IMG/VR virus record: IMGVR_UViG_3300027749_000050
Direction: 5' to 3' (one strand)
From: an uncultured virus (IMG/VR IMGVR_UViG_3300027749_000050)
Taxonomy: Duplodnaviria; Heunggongvirae; Uroviricota; Caudoviricetes
DNA length: 64,000 nt
How positions within the stretch are numbered: the stretch's first letter is position 1; every line of letters begins with the position of its first letter. Made by a program: the position numbers and the translations under genes. Under the pieces are notes generated by a model, which worked only from the letters and a program-made list of their open reading frames with translations, was not told where the DNA came from and made no database searches. Of the stretch, positions 16,052-24,976 are shown piece by piece.

Positions 16052-18256
16052 TTAAATATAAGTTATTCTTATTGTAATTGCTGGATTATAAGGAATTGCA
16101 TTAGTATAATTATATAAATTATAAGTTCTTGCATTGCCTGCAAAATCATTAACTGATAAACTACTAGCTGCAAAATTTGATGTTAAATCAACATTCTGTG
16201 TTATATCTGTAGCACTACTTAATGAATAAGTATTATTCATAGCTACCAACCATCTTCTGTTAGTTGTACCTGATGAGAATGTAAAAGGATTAACACCATC
16301 ATTAGCAAACTTTCTAGAAGGAAGAGCTCTTATAGCTGCAGAATTTATTGTTGTTGCAACATTTATTTCTCCATAAAATATAAGAGGAGATAAATTAATA
16401 GAATATGTAGCTGTAGTAGTTTGAAAAGAATCAACAACTTGCACTCTATATATTATACTTGTAGTTGTACTAGTTGCCTGTGTATTACTTACTGAAGCAA
16501 ACGATCCAGAAGATCCGGATATTGAATAAGAAGTACCAATTGTAGTATAGGAACCACTATTTACACTCACTGAATATGTATAAGAAGATACTGGTACATT
16601 TGCACTATTTCTTGTCCAAGATCCCTGAAGAGATGATGGAGTGTTACCCCATTCTCTATTTGTATTAGTTTCAGGAGAAGTAATTCCACTAGCAGCAGGT
16701 GCAGAAAAACTTATACTTGGAGCTACGTAAGAAGCAGGAGTTATATTTAATGTAGCTGTTGCTGTACCACCGGCTGTATCAACCACTATATATCTATAAT
16801 TAAAAGGTTGAGTGTTAAATGCACTATCTGTAAGAGAATGTGTATAAGTAGTGAGAGCTGTGTTTGTTGATAACACTGTCCAAGATCCTGTATTGTTTCT
16901 TCTCCATTCTAAAGACACTGTAGATACACTTGCTCCTAAAGAGTTAATTGTCTTAGTAAAGTTAAGAACATTAGATATAGCAGTTTGATTAAATGCTATA
17001 GTGGTAGAAGATGTTAATGTAAGTGTAGGAGCAAGAGCTTCTTGAGCAAGAAGAGTTACCACTGCTTGAGAACTTAATCCATTAGATGGTATTGTTTGTC
17101 CTGTAGTATATCTACCTAAAGTTTTACCCCCAGATAAAGAAACTATTATATCAGAATTAAATAAACCACTTGAAGGAATAGTTTGTATTTTAAGTTTACC
17201 ATTGGTATCAGATATTACCATTTGGTCTGCTCCACCTGTTGCAAGATTATTAACTGTTATAGCACCTGTGCCACCAGTTATTTTAAATCTTTCTGTAAGA
17301 GTTTGTAATGTACTTCCTGAAGTAAGAGCTGTAGATGTTTTTATAATAAAATCTCCAGGTGTACCTGTGCCAGTACCTCTACCTGCATTAAGTGTAAAAT
17401 TAGATCCAACTATATCAGTTCCAGTTCCAGATGGTGCATACAAAGCAAGATTAGCAGAACTTGGTACTGTTACAAAAGGTCCAGCTCCAAAATAAAAATC
17501 ATTAATATAACTAGCATAATTATATCCACCTCCAATCATTGCATAATTACTAGTTAATCCTGATAATACAGTGGCTGCATTATTAAGTTCATAACCACCA
17601 CCCCCTATCAAATGTAATGTATAACTAGTATTAGAAGGAATACTAACAGAATCTGTCATACCCATATGAGTATTAAAAGATCCTGTGGTTATACCACTAC
17701 CAGAGTTTCTACCTATATGCACAGAACTAGTACCACCAGATGTATATGTACCACCTGCATTACGTCCAACTGCTACCAAACTTGTACCTCCTGCAGCTAA
17801 TAAATTATTACCTGCTATAGACCCTATTATTACAGAATCACCTCCTGTATGTAAACCACCTACAGTATCACCATTAGCTCCAATTCTAATTTGTGTAGCA
17901 TTATTAGGATGGGTAAAATTTAATTTACCTGATATGTTTTCATTACCGTTTACATCTAATTTATATCCAGGAGTAGCTGTTCCTATACCAAGTCTACTAT
18001 TAACGTTATCCCAATATAAATTAGTATTACTACTTAATACAGATGTACCACTCCAAAAAGCTACTCTTGTAGCTACACCAGTTCCTGTAATATTTCCATT
18101 ACTTACACCTCCTCCTATACCAACACCCCATTCTACATCATAATCTGCATTAGAACTTTTTCTCAACACTTGTCCTGTGGTGCCTCCTTCAGGAACTCCA
18201 TTACCCATTTGGTCATCTATATATTTTCCATTAGTGAGTTCTTTTCTACTAGCCAT
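16052..18256 (-). CDS. tail fibre/spike-like protein
   Basis: VPEGGTTGQVLRKSSNADYDVEW, LYWDNVNSRLGIGTATP..KLDVNG, S/T/G-rich beta repeats, Ig-like C-terminal part. Confidence 0.75.
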   Translation of the reverse strand: MASRKELTNGKYIDDQMGNGVPEGGTTGQVLRKSSNADYDVEWGVGIGGGVSNGNITGTGVATRVAFWSGTSVLSSNTNLYWDNVNSRLGIGTATPGYKLDVNGNENISGKLNFTHPNNATQIRIGANGDTVGGLHTGGDSVIIGSIAGNNLLAAGGTSLVAVGRNAGGTYTSGGTSSVHIGRNSGSGITTGSFNTHMGMTDSVSIPSNTSYTLHLIGGGGYELNNAATVLSGLTSNYAMIGGGYNYASYINDFYFGAGPFVTVPSSANLALYAPSGTGTDIVGSNFTLNAGRGTGTGTPGDFIIKTSTALTSGSTLQTLTERFKITGGTGAITVNNLATGGADQMVISDTNGKLKIQTIPSSGLFNSDIIVSLSGGKTLGRYTTGQTIPSNGLSSQAVVTLLAQEALAPTLTLTSSTTIAFNQTAISNVLNFTKTINSLGASVSTVSLEWRRNNTGSWTVLSTNTALTTYTHSLTDSAFNTQPFNYRYIVVDTAGGTATATLNITPASYVAPSISFSAPAASGITSPETNTNREWGNTPSSLQGSWTRNSANVPVSSYTYSVSVNSGSYTTIGTSYSISGSSGSFASVSNTQATSTTTSIIYRVQVVDSFQTTTATYSINLSPLIFYGEINVATTINSAAIRALPSRKFANDGVNPFTFSSGTTNRRWLVAMNNTYSLSSATDITQNVDLTSNFAASSLSVNDFAGNARTYNLYNYTNAIPYNPAITIRITYI

Positions 18257-18543
18257 TAAGGTATTGTTACAATGTAATAATCTATAGGTCCTGTTACAGT
18301 GATGTAAAGTTGATGACCGGCATCAATTTGAATTGTAGAATCTCTTATATAAGCTTCTCCTTGTTTTAATCTCATAGGAGCTGCAGATATAGAAATATCA
18401 GTGCCAGCAGCATCTCTAATATATAAAGCAATAAAGTTTGTTTCAGGATGTTTGCTAACAATATTAACACTCTGAACTGTAGCAACTGAACTGTTAAATG
18501 GTAATAAAATACTGCTGTTAATTTTTCCTTTATATATTGGCAT
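18256..18543 (-). CDS. putative small virion protein
   Basis: 95-aa beta-rich ORF coupled to the fibre gene. Confidence 0.65.
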   Translation of the reverse strand: MPIYKGKINSSILLPFNSSVATVQSVNIVSKHPETNFIALYIRDAAGTDISISAAPMRLKQGEAYIRDSTIQIDAGHQLYITVTGPIDYYIVTIP

Positions 18544-18556
18544 CAGTTATCATGAT

Positions 18557-18925
18557 TTAAGATAATACTCCACCTCTCCATTTACCATTGATAGAAACAA
18601 ATTGATAATAAGTAAGTGTAGCTATACCTGCAGCACTTATAAGAGTAGTTGTTCCTTTACTATATGGTGAATTGGTAGCACTAACTGTTTGAGTGCCAGC
18701 ACTAGTATTAATAATTGTTATAGACATTCCATTCATAAGTGCTGGATCAGGAAATGTAAGAGTATTACCAACTCCTGTAATTTCATATACTCCCATACCA
18801 ACAATAGTATAAGCAGCAGAAGTTGTTGATATACTAAAAGTAGGTTGTTTATCTAAAGCAAGTATCTTAACCTTCTTTAATAACCATTGTAAACTTTGAT
18901 ATATTCCTTGTGGATATTGTGCCAT
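18557..18925 (-). CDS. putative virion protein with one copy of the fibre repeat
   Basis: GVYEI...LTFPDP..MNGMSITIIN...FVSINGKW matches the repeats in 14671..16050. Confidence 0.7.
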   Translation of the reverse strand: MAQYPQGIYQSLQWLLKKVKILALDKQPTFSISTTSAAYTIVGMGVYEITGVGNTLTFPDPALMNGMSITIINTSAGTQTVSATNSPYSKGTTTLISAAGIATLTYYQFVSINGKWRGGVLS

Positions 18926-18929
18926 TATT

Positions 18930-19349
18930 TTATATTTTAGCTAATTGAAAGTGCATAGGATCTGTTCTACCTGACCAAAGACCACCCCAATCAAACCCTG
19001 CATCTGTAAAACATTTTATAAACTCAGGACTTAATGTACCTTTTGTATTTAACCCATTCCAAGCAGCATTAACATCTATTGCTATTCCCCAAGAGTGTAA
19101 GCTCATTGAGCCAAGTCCTCTTTTCTTTCTAATGTTAAAGCAACCATCAAATGTTTTTAGCTCAGAAGTTTTCCCTCTAGCTGTAAGATTTGTAAATGCT
19201 TGTGTAAGAGGAACAATCATGTCCTTGTTACAATAGAGCTTCTTAGGGATAGCTCCCACTTCTAAGTAACCAGGAACATCCCATACAACCATACTAGATT
19301 CTTTTGTAGGATCTCCGTATTTCTTAAGAGCTTGTGCTGATGTGACCAT
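18930..19349 (-). CDS. endolysin, M15 family peptidase
   Basis: FNIRKKR, SLHSWGIAIDVN, WGGLW and DPMHFQ motifs. Confidence 0.9.
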   Translation of the reverse strand: MVTSAQALKKYGDPTKESSMVVWDVPGYLEVGAIPKKLYCNKDMIVPLTQAFTNLTARGKTSELKTFDGCFNIRKKRGLGSMSLHSWGIAIDVNAAWNGLNTKGTLSPEFIKCFTDAGFDWGGLWSGRTDPMHFQLAKI

Positions 19350-19975
19350 TATTTATGTAATTTAATTTTCCAAAATGCTTGTATACCATAAAATAAGTTA
19401 CCATTCTGTTCTATAGAAAGTGTAGGGCCAAACATAACATCTTGCTTGTTTTTATACATCAGTCCTAGATTAATCTTATTTATAAGATCTTCTTTAACTC
19501 CCCCTATTCCCATTCCTATATAAACCTGTCCTTTCTTAGGTGCAGGAATAATAATAGTGTTTGTTATTACAGGATAGTGAAGATTGTAGTGGGTAGTCCT
19601 ACTAACTATTTGATTCTTACTCACAGTGTCTGTAATATATACATGACCTATTGAGTCTATCTTAATACTATCATTATGTATATTCTTAGCTAATAGCTCT
19701 CTAACTAAAAGCTCATATTGCTTTATTAATAAAGTCATACTAGATGTATCAGGTAGATACTCAGTGTTCCATCTATCAATAGGCACAGCATAAGGAATAG
19801 TTTTTATAAGCTGAGGCTTACTAGTAACAGTGCTATCATGATGTACCCAAACTGTATCTCTAAGTATTTTAATACCTCCACCATCTATTGTCTTTCCCTT
19901 ACATGTTCTTAATAGTATGATTACTAACAGTATAAGAATAAAAATGTTTACAATATTTTTTGTTATCTTTTCCAT
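19349..19975 (-). CDS. putative spanin-like lysis protein
   Basis: N-terminal TM ending LLRTC, DTV/DSI repeats, C-terminal amphipathic beta strands; lies between holin candidates and the endolysin. Confidence 0.55.
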   Translation of the reverse strand: MEKITKNIVNIFILILLVIILLRTCKGKTIDGGGIKILRDTVWVHHDSTVTSKPQLIKTIPYAVPIDRWNTEYLPDTSSMTLLIKQYELLVRELLAKNIHNDSIKIDSIGHVYITDTVSKNQIVSRTTHYNLHYPVITNTIIIPAPKKGQVYIGMGIGGVKEDLINKINLGLMYKNKQDVMFGPTLSIEQNGNLFYGIQAFWKIKLHK

Positions 19976-19977
19976 AT

Positions 19978-20241
19978 TTATATATTGTATTCTTCTTTTT
20001 CTTGTACATAAACAGATTCTTCAGCAAAGAAATTAGTTAACACTTTACCTACGACACCTATAATTAAAGATGTTATAGCTAAACTTTTGTTGTCTAAAAA
20101 CATAGAAGACATAGATGTAATGGAAAATACACCAAGCAAACTATCACCTATCTTCCTCATCTTGTTAGGAGTGGGAGCCCAGTATGACTTCACACTGAAT
20201 TTAGTTACTTTCTTACGTCTAGGTTTTATTCTTGTTACCAT
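19978..20241 (-). CDS. putative holin
   Basis: Basic N-terminus, YWAPTP..MRKIGD, two TM segments; inside the lysis cassette. Confidence 0.65.
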   Translation of the reverse strand: MVTRIKPRRKKVTKFSVKSYWAPTPNKMRKIGDSLLGVFSITSMSSMFLDNKSLAITSLIIGVVGKVLTNFFAEESVYVQEKEEYNI

Positions 20242-20250
20242 AATTGTCTA

Positions 20251-20592
20251 CTATAATTCAGTTTTAGGTATATATTTAGTTATATCAAAAATTTCTTCAT
20301 GTTTAAAATACCTATCAGCATATAAATAATCTTTAGATTTTGTTTCTTGATCATTCATTGCTACAGATACAGGTATTTTAAATACTTGATGATCAAGCAT
20401 TTGTACATCACGTTTAAGTTGTTGAATTTCAGTCTTATCTACATTAGACTGAGCCAATAACATTTTAACGTCACTTCTCATTTCAGTTACATCCCTCCAA
20501 ATAAGGGTTGCTAGAATTGTAACTAATGCTGGGAACACATAGATTTTCAATGTGTTAGCCACAGATTGTTTGGGTGTCGGATTTACACTCAT
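20251..20592 (-). CDS. single-TM coiled-coil protein (holin/antiholin-like)
   Basis: TM segment VFPALVTILATLIW plus a coiled coil; first gene of the lysis cassette. Confidence 0.55.
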   Translation of the reverse strand: MSVNPTPKQSVANTLKIYVFPALVTILATLIWRDVTEMRSDVKMLLAQSNVDKTEIQQLKRDVQMLDHQVFKIPVSVAMNDQETKSKDYLYADRYFKHEEIFDITKYIPKTEL

Positions 20593-20637
20593 TTCGATAA
20601 ATTAAAAATAATAACATAAAAATATAAATAGTTTGAA

Positions 20638-20686
20638 GAAAAGGTTATAAATTTGTAACCCTTTCCTACATTATAATATACAAAAA
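20638..20686. promoter_or_regulatory. divergent control region
   Basis: + strand -7 box TAAATTTG (20648-20655) inside the inverted repeat GAAAAGGTTA/TAACCCTTTC; - strand TATATTAT motif at 20673-20680. Confidence 0.55.
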
Positions 20687-20710
20687 TTTCAAGAACAAAC
20701 CTAAAAATTT

Positions 20711-21181
20711 ATGAATCCAGCAGAGTATAAAAAAAAGGCAGAACATGATCTTATTACAGAATTTATTAATAGATTTTACGATAAGATAGGTTACTATCCT
20801 ACAGTGGTTACAAATCATAGAATTACAGATGATGGAATTATTACGTTAACACTTCCAGAACTAGAAAAGTATTTTGAACCACATCTACCTACTTTTTATA
20901 ATAAAAAAACAAAATTACAATCTAAAGATAGAAATAGACCTCTTGTAGAACTTAGATGTATATTTTTCTTTATAGCTAGATCTATGAGATATAATCTTAA
21001 GCAATTAGGTATTTATATGGGAGGTAGAGATCATACTACAGTAATTCATGGTATAAATACATTTAGAAATTTATATGAAACAGACCCTTTATTTAAAGAT
21101 AAATACTATTTAATCATTAATCAAATAAAAAAAGACTATGAGCCATCAACACTGGGCACCATTGATCAAATGGAATGTTAG
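20711..21181 (+). CDS. DnaA C-terminal (domain IV) HTH protein
   Basis: SKDRNRPLVELR...L.QLG..MGGRDHTTVIHG signature; no AAA+ domain. Confidence 0.85.
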   Translation: MNPAEYKKKAEHDLITEFINRFYDKIGYYPTVVTNHRITDDGIITLTLPELEKYFEPHLPTFYNKKTKLQSKDRNRPLVELRCIFFFIARSMRYNLKQLGIYMGGRDHTTVIHGINTFRNLYETDPLFKDKYYLIINQIKKDYEPSTLGTIDQMEC

Positions 21182-21716
21182 TCCTAACCAAATTTACTTT
21201 TTAGATTGCTGTAGATCTAACATTAAACCAACTAGCATTATTAATCAAGAACCTGAAAAAATTATATGCCAAGCTAAAGGACTAATAGATGATAAAGGTA
21301 ATCTTACTAATAAAGGAGCTATGATACTTAATGAATATGAAACATTTATAGTTAAAACAAAAAAGAAAGTAGCTTCAGAAGTATTAGGATCTGACATGAA
21401 TGAACGTATTAATGAGTATAGAGAAATTTTTCCAGCTAAAAGATTACCTTCTGGAGAATTAGCCAGACAATCTGTAAGTGAATTAAAAGAAAAGTTTGTA
21501 TGGTTCTTTAAAAATTATCCTGAGTATGATTGGGATTTAGTATTAGATGCTGCTGATGATTATAATAAATTGTTCAAGATGAAAAATTATCAATATATGG
21601 CAACAAGTAGTTACTTTATAAAAAAAATGAATTCCCAAAAAGAAGTGACATCAAAACTTGCAGACCATTGTCAGCAAATACTTGATGAATTAGAAAATCA
21701 AAAAAATAAAATATGA
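21138..21716 (+). CDS. putative replication initiator/helicase-loader-like protein
   Basis: wHTH-like N-terminus; Y.EIFP.KRLPSG..AR and YM.TSSYFI.K; upstream of DnaB. The function is inferred. Confidence 0.5.
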   Translation: MSHQHWAPLIKWNVSPNQIYFLDCCRSNIKPTSIINQEPEKIICQAKGLIDDKGNLTNKGAMILNEYETFIVKTKKKVASEVLGSDMNERINEYREIFPAKRLPSGELARQSVSELKEKFVWFFKNYPEYDWDLVLDAADDYNKLFKMKNYQYMATSSYFIKKMNSQKEVTSKLADHCQQILDELENQKNKI

Positions 21717-21898
21717 CAATACGTGAAAAAATAATACATAGCTTTTTAATTTCAATTTTATTTAGTTTAGTTAATTGGTTTATAATTAAAACTTTTATAA
21801 TTAATGTAACAATTCTAAAATATATTTTTATAGAAATTGTCTTGATTATATCAATAAAATTGTTTAAATTTACAAAACTAAAACTAGGAATAAACTAA
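21713..21898 (+). CDS. small membrane protein
   Basis: 61-aa two-TM ORF coupled on both sides. Confidence 0.65.
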   Translation: MTIREKIIHSFLISILFSLVNWFIIKTFIINVTILKYIFIEIVLIISIKLFKFTKLKLGIN

Positions 21899-22953
21899 TG
21901 AACATTTTAAATCTCCCACAGAAAGATAGACCCTTTGGTATTAAGACTTATGTTGAAATTCTAGAAGAAGGTTTACAGTATATAAAAGATAGACAATCCG
22001 GAAAAATTAAATCATTAAGCCTGCCATGGACAGGAATAAATAATGCAGGAGTTGCAGGACTAGAATGGGGATCAATGCTAACAATAGGTGCAAGACCTGG
22101 GTCAGGAAAAACAATGTTTGTTAGTCAAATACTAAGAGAATCTAAGTATCTCAATCCAACACAAGATTTCAACATTTTAGAATTTCAATTTGAAATGGGT
22201 GCTAAACAAACAGCATCTAGAGACTTTGCATCTCAAGTGGGGCTTGACTATAATCAAGTGTTATCTACTACTAAACAAGTGGATGACTTCTCTATCAAAA
22301 TGATGGAAAACTATTTAAATGACACTAGAGTATTTCATAAACATGGTAACTATAGATGTCAAATTAATGAACCTATCACTGTAAAACAAATGGAAGAAGC
22401 CATCTATAAATCCTATGAAGGACTTGGAGGCAAACCATTAATTGTAACTATAGATCATAGCTGGTTAATTAAAAAAGATGTAACAGAAAAAGAAAAGATT
22501 AGCACCCTTTATAACACTGTAGAAATGTTAATGAAAGTAAAGAACAAACTTCCTATTATAGTTTTTATGATTTCTCAACTTAATAGGAGTATAGATGAAC
22601 CATCAAGAAAAACTCCAGGCACCGTAGGTAACTATCCTACTAGCTCAGATATCTTTGGTGGTGATGCATTACAACAAGGTAGTGACATGGTATTAGTTCT
22701 CACCAGACCGTTCAAAGCTGACATAGAAATTTATGGACGTAAAGAATATCCTTGTAAAACTGATGATGTATTTGCTCATATATTAAAATCTAGAAATAGT
22801 GCAGATGATACTAACTTAATATTTCTTAAAGCTGAGTTTGCAAAACAAAGAATGGTAGAAGTGGGAGAACCTACAGCTAACAATCCAACAGGACAACCTG
22901 CACAAAGAAGAACAGCAAACAGATTTGCTAATATAAATGGACCAACAATTTAA
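21898..22953 (+). CDS. dnaB: DnaB-like SF4 replicative helicase
   Basis: IGARPGSGKT, FQFEM, VTIDH, ISQLNR, P..SDIFGGD, ILKSRN motifs. Confidence 0.92.
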   Translation: MNILNLPQKDRPFGIKTYVEILEEGLQYIKDRQSGKIKSLSLPWTGINNAGVAGLEWGSMLTIGARPGSGKTMFVSQILRESKYLNPTQDFNILEFQFEMGAKQTASRDFASQVGLDYNQVLSTTKQVDDFSIKMMENYLNDTRVFHKHGNYRCQINEPITVKQMEEAIYKSYEGLGGKPLIVTIDHSWLIKKDVTEKEKISTLYNTVEMLMKVKNKLPIIVFMISQLNRSIDEPSRKTPGTVGNYPTSSDIFGGDALQQGSDMVLVLTRPFKADIEIYGRKEYPCKTDDVFAHILKSRNSADDTNLIFLKAEFAKQRMVEVGEPTANNPTGQPAQRRTANRFANINGPTI

Positions 22954-22977
22954 CAATAACAATTAAAACAAAACACA

Positions 22978-23562
22978 ATGTCAATCATGCACAGTATGTC
23001 CGAAGAAGAAAGGACAAAATACAAAGCTCAAAAAACAAAAGAAATGAGAGATTTCAATGCTGAAATTATTGCTGACTTAGAAATAAGTCAATTTGATTTC
23101 AACATGAAAACTCAGTTCTACGATGAACAAAGAAGACTAGTAGTAGGAATCTTTCCATCAGAGTTTAAAAAAACAAAAGGATTTTTCTTTGAGCTTATTG
23201 ACTCAGATTTAAATCCAACAGATTCAGAAAGAAAAGTGTATAGGGTGCCACCTACACCATCTTTTGAAGAAGAGTATGAACTTAATGCCAAAGGTTCTTA
23301 TTTAGTTCCAATTGAAGAACTTAAAGTGGTACATAGAAGTTCTGTAGCTATTAGTAAAATGTCAGCTTTTACAGGAACTGTAGACTCAGTTTTTAAGATA
23401 ACAGAAAAAGCACGAGAAAATACAGCTAACATTCCTAATGCTCCTTCTCCTATGGAAGATGCACCGTATGCTGATATGACTATTAGAGATTACTATGCCA
23501 TCTCTACTAACAAACCAGTTAGTGCTAAGAACTGGTTAAATGAACTTATAAAAAGTAAATAA
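22978..23562 (+). CDS. hypothetical protein
   Basis: 194-aa ORF with a C-terminal MTIRDYYAI motif. Confidence 0.75.
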   Translation: MSIMHSMSEEERTKYKAQKTKEMRDFNAEIIADLEISQFDFNMKTQFYDEQRRLVVGIFPSEFKKTKGFFFELIDSDLNPTDSERKVYRVPPTPSFEEEYELNAKGSYLVPIEELKVVHRSSVAISKMSAFTGTVDSVFKITEKARENTANIPNAPSPMEDAPYADMTIRDYYAISTNKPVSAKNWLNELIKSK

Positions 23563-23574
23563 AAACAACCACAT

Positions 23575-24258
23575 ATGGCACAAGGTGTATTAATCATTGC
23601 AGAGTCCGGTGCTGGAAAGTCTACCAGCATTGAGACATTAGATCCCAAAGAGACATTTATTATTAACGTAGCTAACAAGCCTCTTCCTTTTAAAGGATGG
23701 AAAAAGAAGTATACATTATGGAGTAAAGAATCTCCAAATGGTAATATGTATGACAAATCTAATCCTGAAAGTATAGAAGCTTGTGTTAAATATGTTAGTG
23801 AAAAACGTCCTGAGATCAAAAACATAATTATAGACGACTTTCAGTACATGAGTTCCTTTGAATTCTTTGACAAAGCTAATGAGAAAGGTTATGAAAAATT
23901 CACACAGATAGGTGCACACCTAGCTAGAATTGCTCGTATGCCTAAAGACATGAGAGAAGATTTGCTCATCTTCTTTCTAACTCATGCAGAAGAAGCTACT
24001 GATATGGAAGGTAAACGTAGATTGAAAGCAAAAACTATTGGTAAAATGGTTGATGAAAAACTAACTTTGGAAGGACTTTTTTCCATAGTTTTGTTTGGAA
24101 AAGCCAAGAGAAACAAAGACGGAGATATTAGATATGTATTTGAAACCCAAACCAACGGTGAGAATACATGCAAAAGTCCACGTGGAATGTTTCCCACTTT
24201 AGAAGTAGCTAATGATTTACAACTAGTAGTGAAAGCTATTAAAGATTATGAAAATTAA
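23575..24258 (+). CDS. AAA_24/Sak4-like P-loop ATPase
   Basis: AESGAGKST, IIIDDFQY, FLTH and KSPRGMF motifs. Confidence 0.85.
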   Translation: MAQGVLIIAESGAGKSTSIETLDPKETFIINVANKPLPFKGWKKKYTLWSKESPNGNMYDKSNPESIEACVKYVSEKRPEIKNIIIDDFQYMSSFEFFDKANEKGYEKFTQIGAHLARIARMPKDMREDLLIFFLTHAEEATDMEGKRRLKAKTIGKMVDEKLTLEGLFSIVLFGKAKRNKDGDIRYVFETQTNGENTCKSPRGMFPTLEVANDLQLVVKAIKDYEN

Positions 24259-24289
24259 AACCCATTTATTAATTTAAAAAACAAAACAC

Positions 24290-24907
24290 ATGTTCAAAAC
24301 AGAAGGACAAGATGTCAAGGGAGGAGGATTAGGAAAATCCTTTGAACCCGGAGTAGTATTGGCACACATTTATGGTGCTCAAGTAAGAACGGCTAAAACT
24401 GGTAAAAAATCTTTAGAGATTACACTAGAAGGTCCAGCAATACCTAACTTTGAAGGTTGGGCTATTGATAGAGAAGACCCAGAAGGTGAAAAGTACAAAG
24501 GCCAAACAGCACGAGTTAGTGCAAGTATTTACATTGCTGACTTTAACAGTGATGATGTAAATAAAAATGAGATTCTTAGCAAGATTATTATGATTGCTAA
24601 TGAGTTAGGACTTAGAAAAGAAATTGATAACCTATCTAAAGATGCAAGTATTACATCCATTGAGCAGTGGGTAGAGAAAGCAGTGAACATCTTAAAAGAA
24701 AAAGATATGTATTGGTTCCTAGCAGGTAAGGAAGATGAATATAATGGAAAAGTGATTGTAAGATTGTCTCTTCCTAAATACAAATTCTGTTCTTCTGATG
24801 AAACCAAAATGAACAAGTTTGATAAAACTAATAAATATCATTTCACTCCATTAGCATCTAAACCAGTTAGTGGTTTTGAACCAGTGAATGATGATTTTAA
24901 TATTTAA
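24290..24907 (+). CDS. putative ssDNA-binding protein
   Basis: Follows the Sak4-like ATPase; beta-rich with an acidic/aromatic tail (NDDFNI). Confidence 0.55.
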   Translation: MFKTEGQDVKGGGLGKSFEPGVVLAHIYGAQVRTAKTGKKSLEITLEGPAIPNFEGWAIDREDPEGEKYKGQTARVSASIYIADFNSDDVNKNEILSKIIMIANELGLRKEIDNLSKDASITSIEQWVEKAVNILKEKDMYWFLAGKEDEYNGKVIVRLSLPKYKFCSSDETKMNKFDKTNKYHFTPLASKPVSGFEPVNDDFNI

Positions 24908-24929
24908 TTTCCAGTTTTAGTTTATAGTC

Positions 24930-24964
24930 GGGGGGATGTTTCTACATCTCCCCTTTATTTTTTT
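24930..24964 (+). terminator. intrinsic terminator
   Basis: GGGGGGATGT/ACATCTCCCC followed by a T tract. Confidence 0.8.
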
Positions 24965-24976
24965 AAATTTTTATTT

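Noticed and set aside
14671..18256. Diversity-generating retroelement target in the fibre genes
   Set aside because: No reverse transcriptase and no near-identical TR/VR pair was seen in the window.
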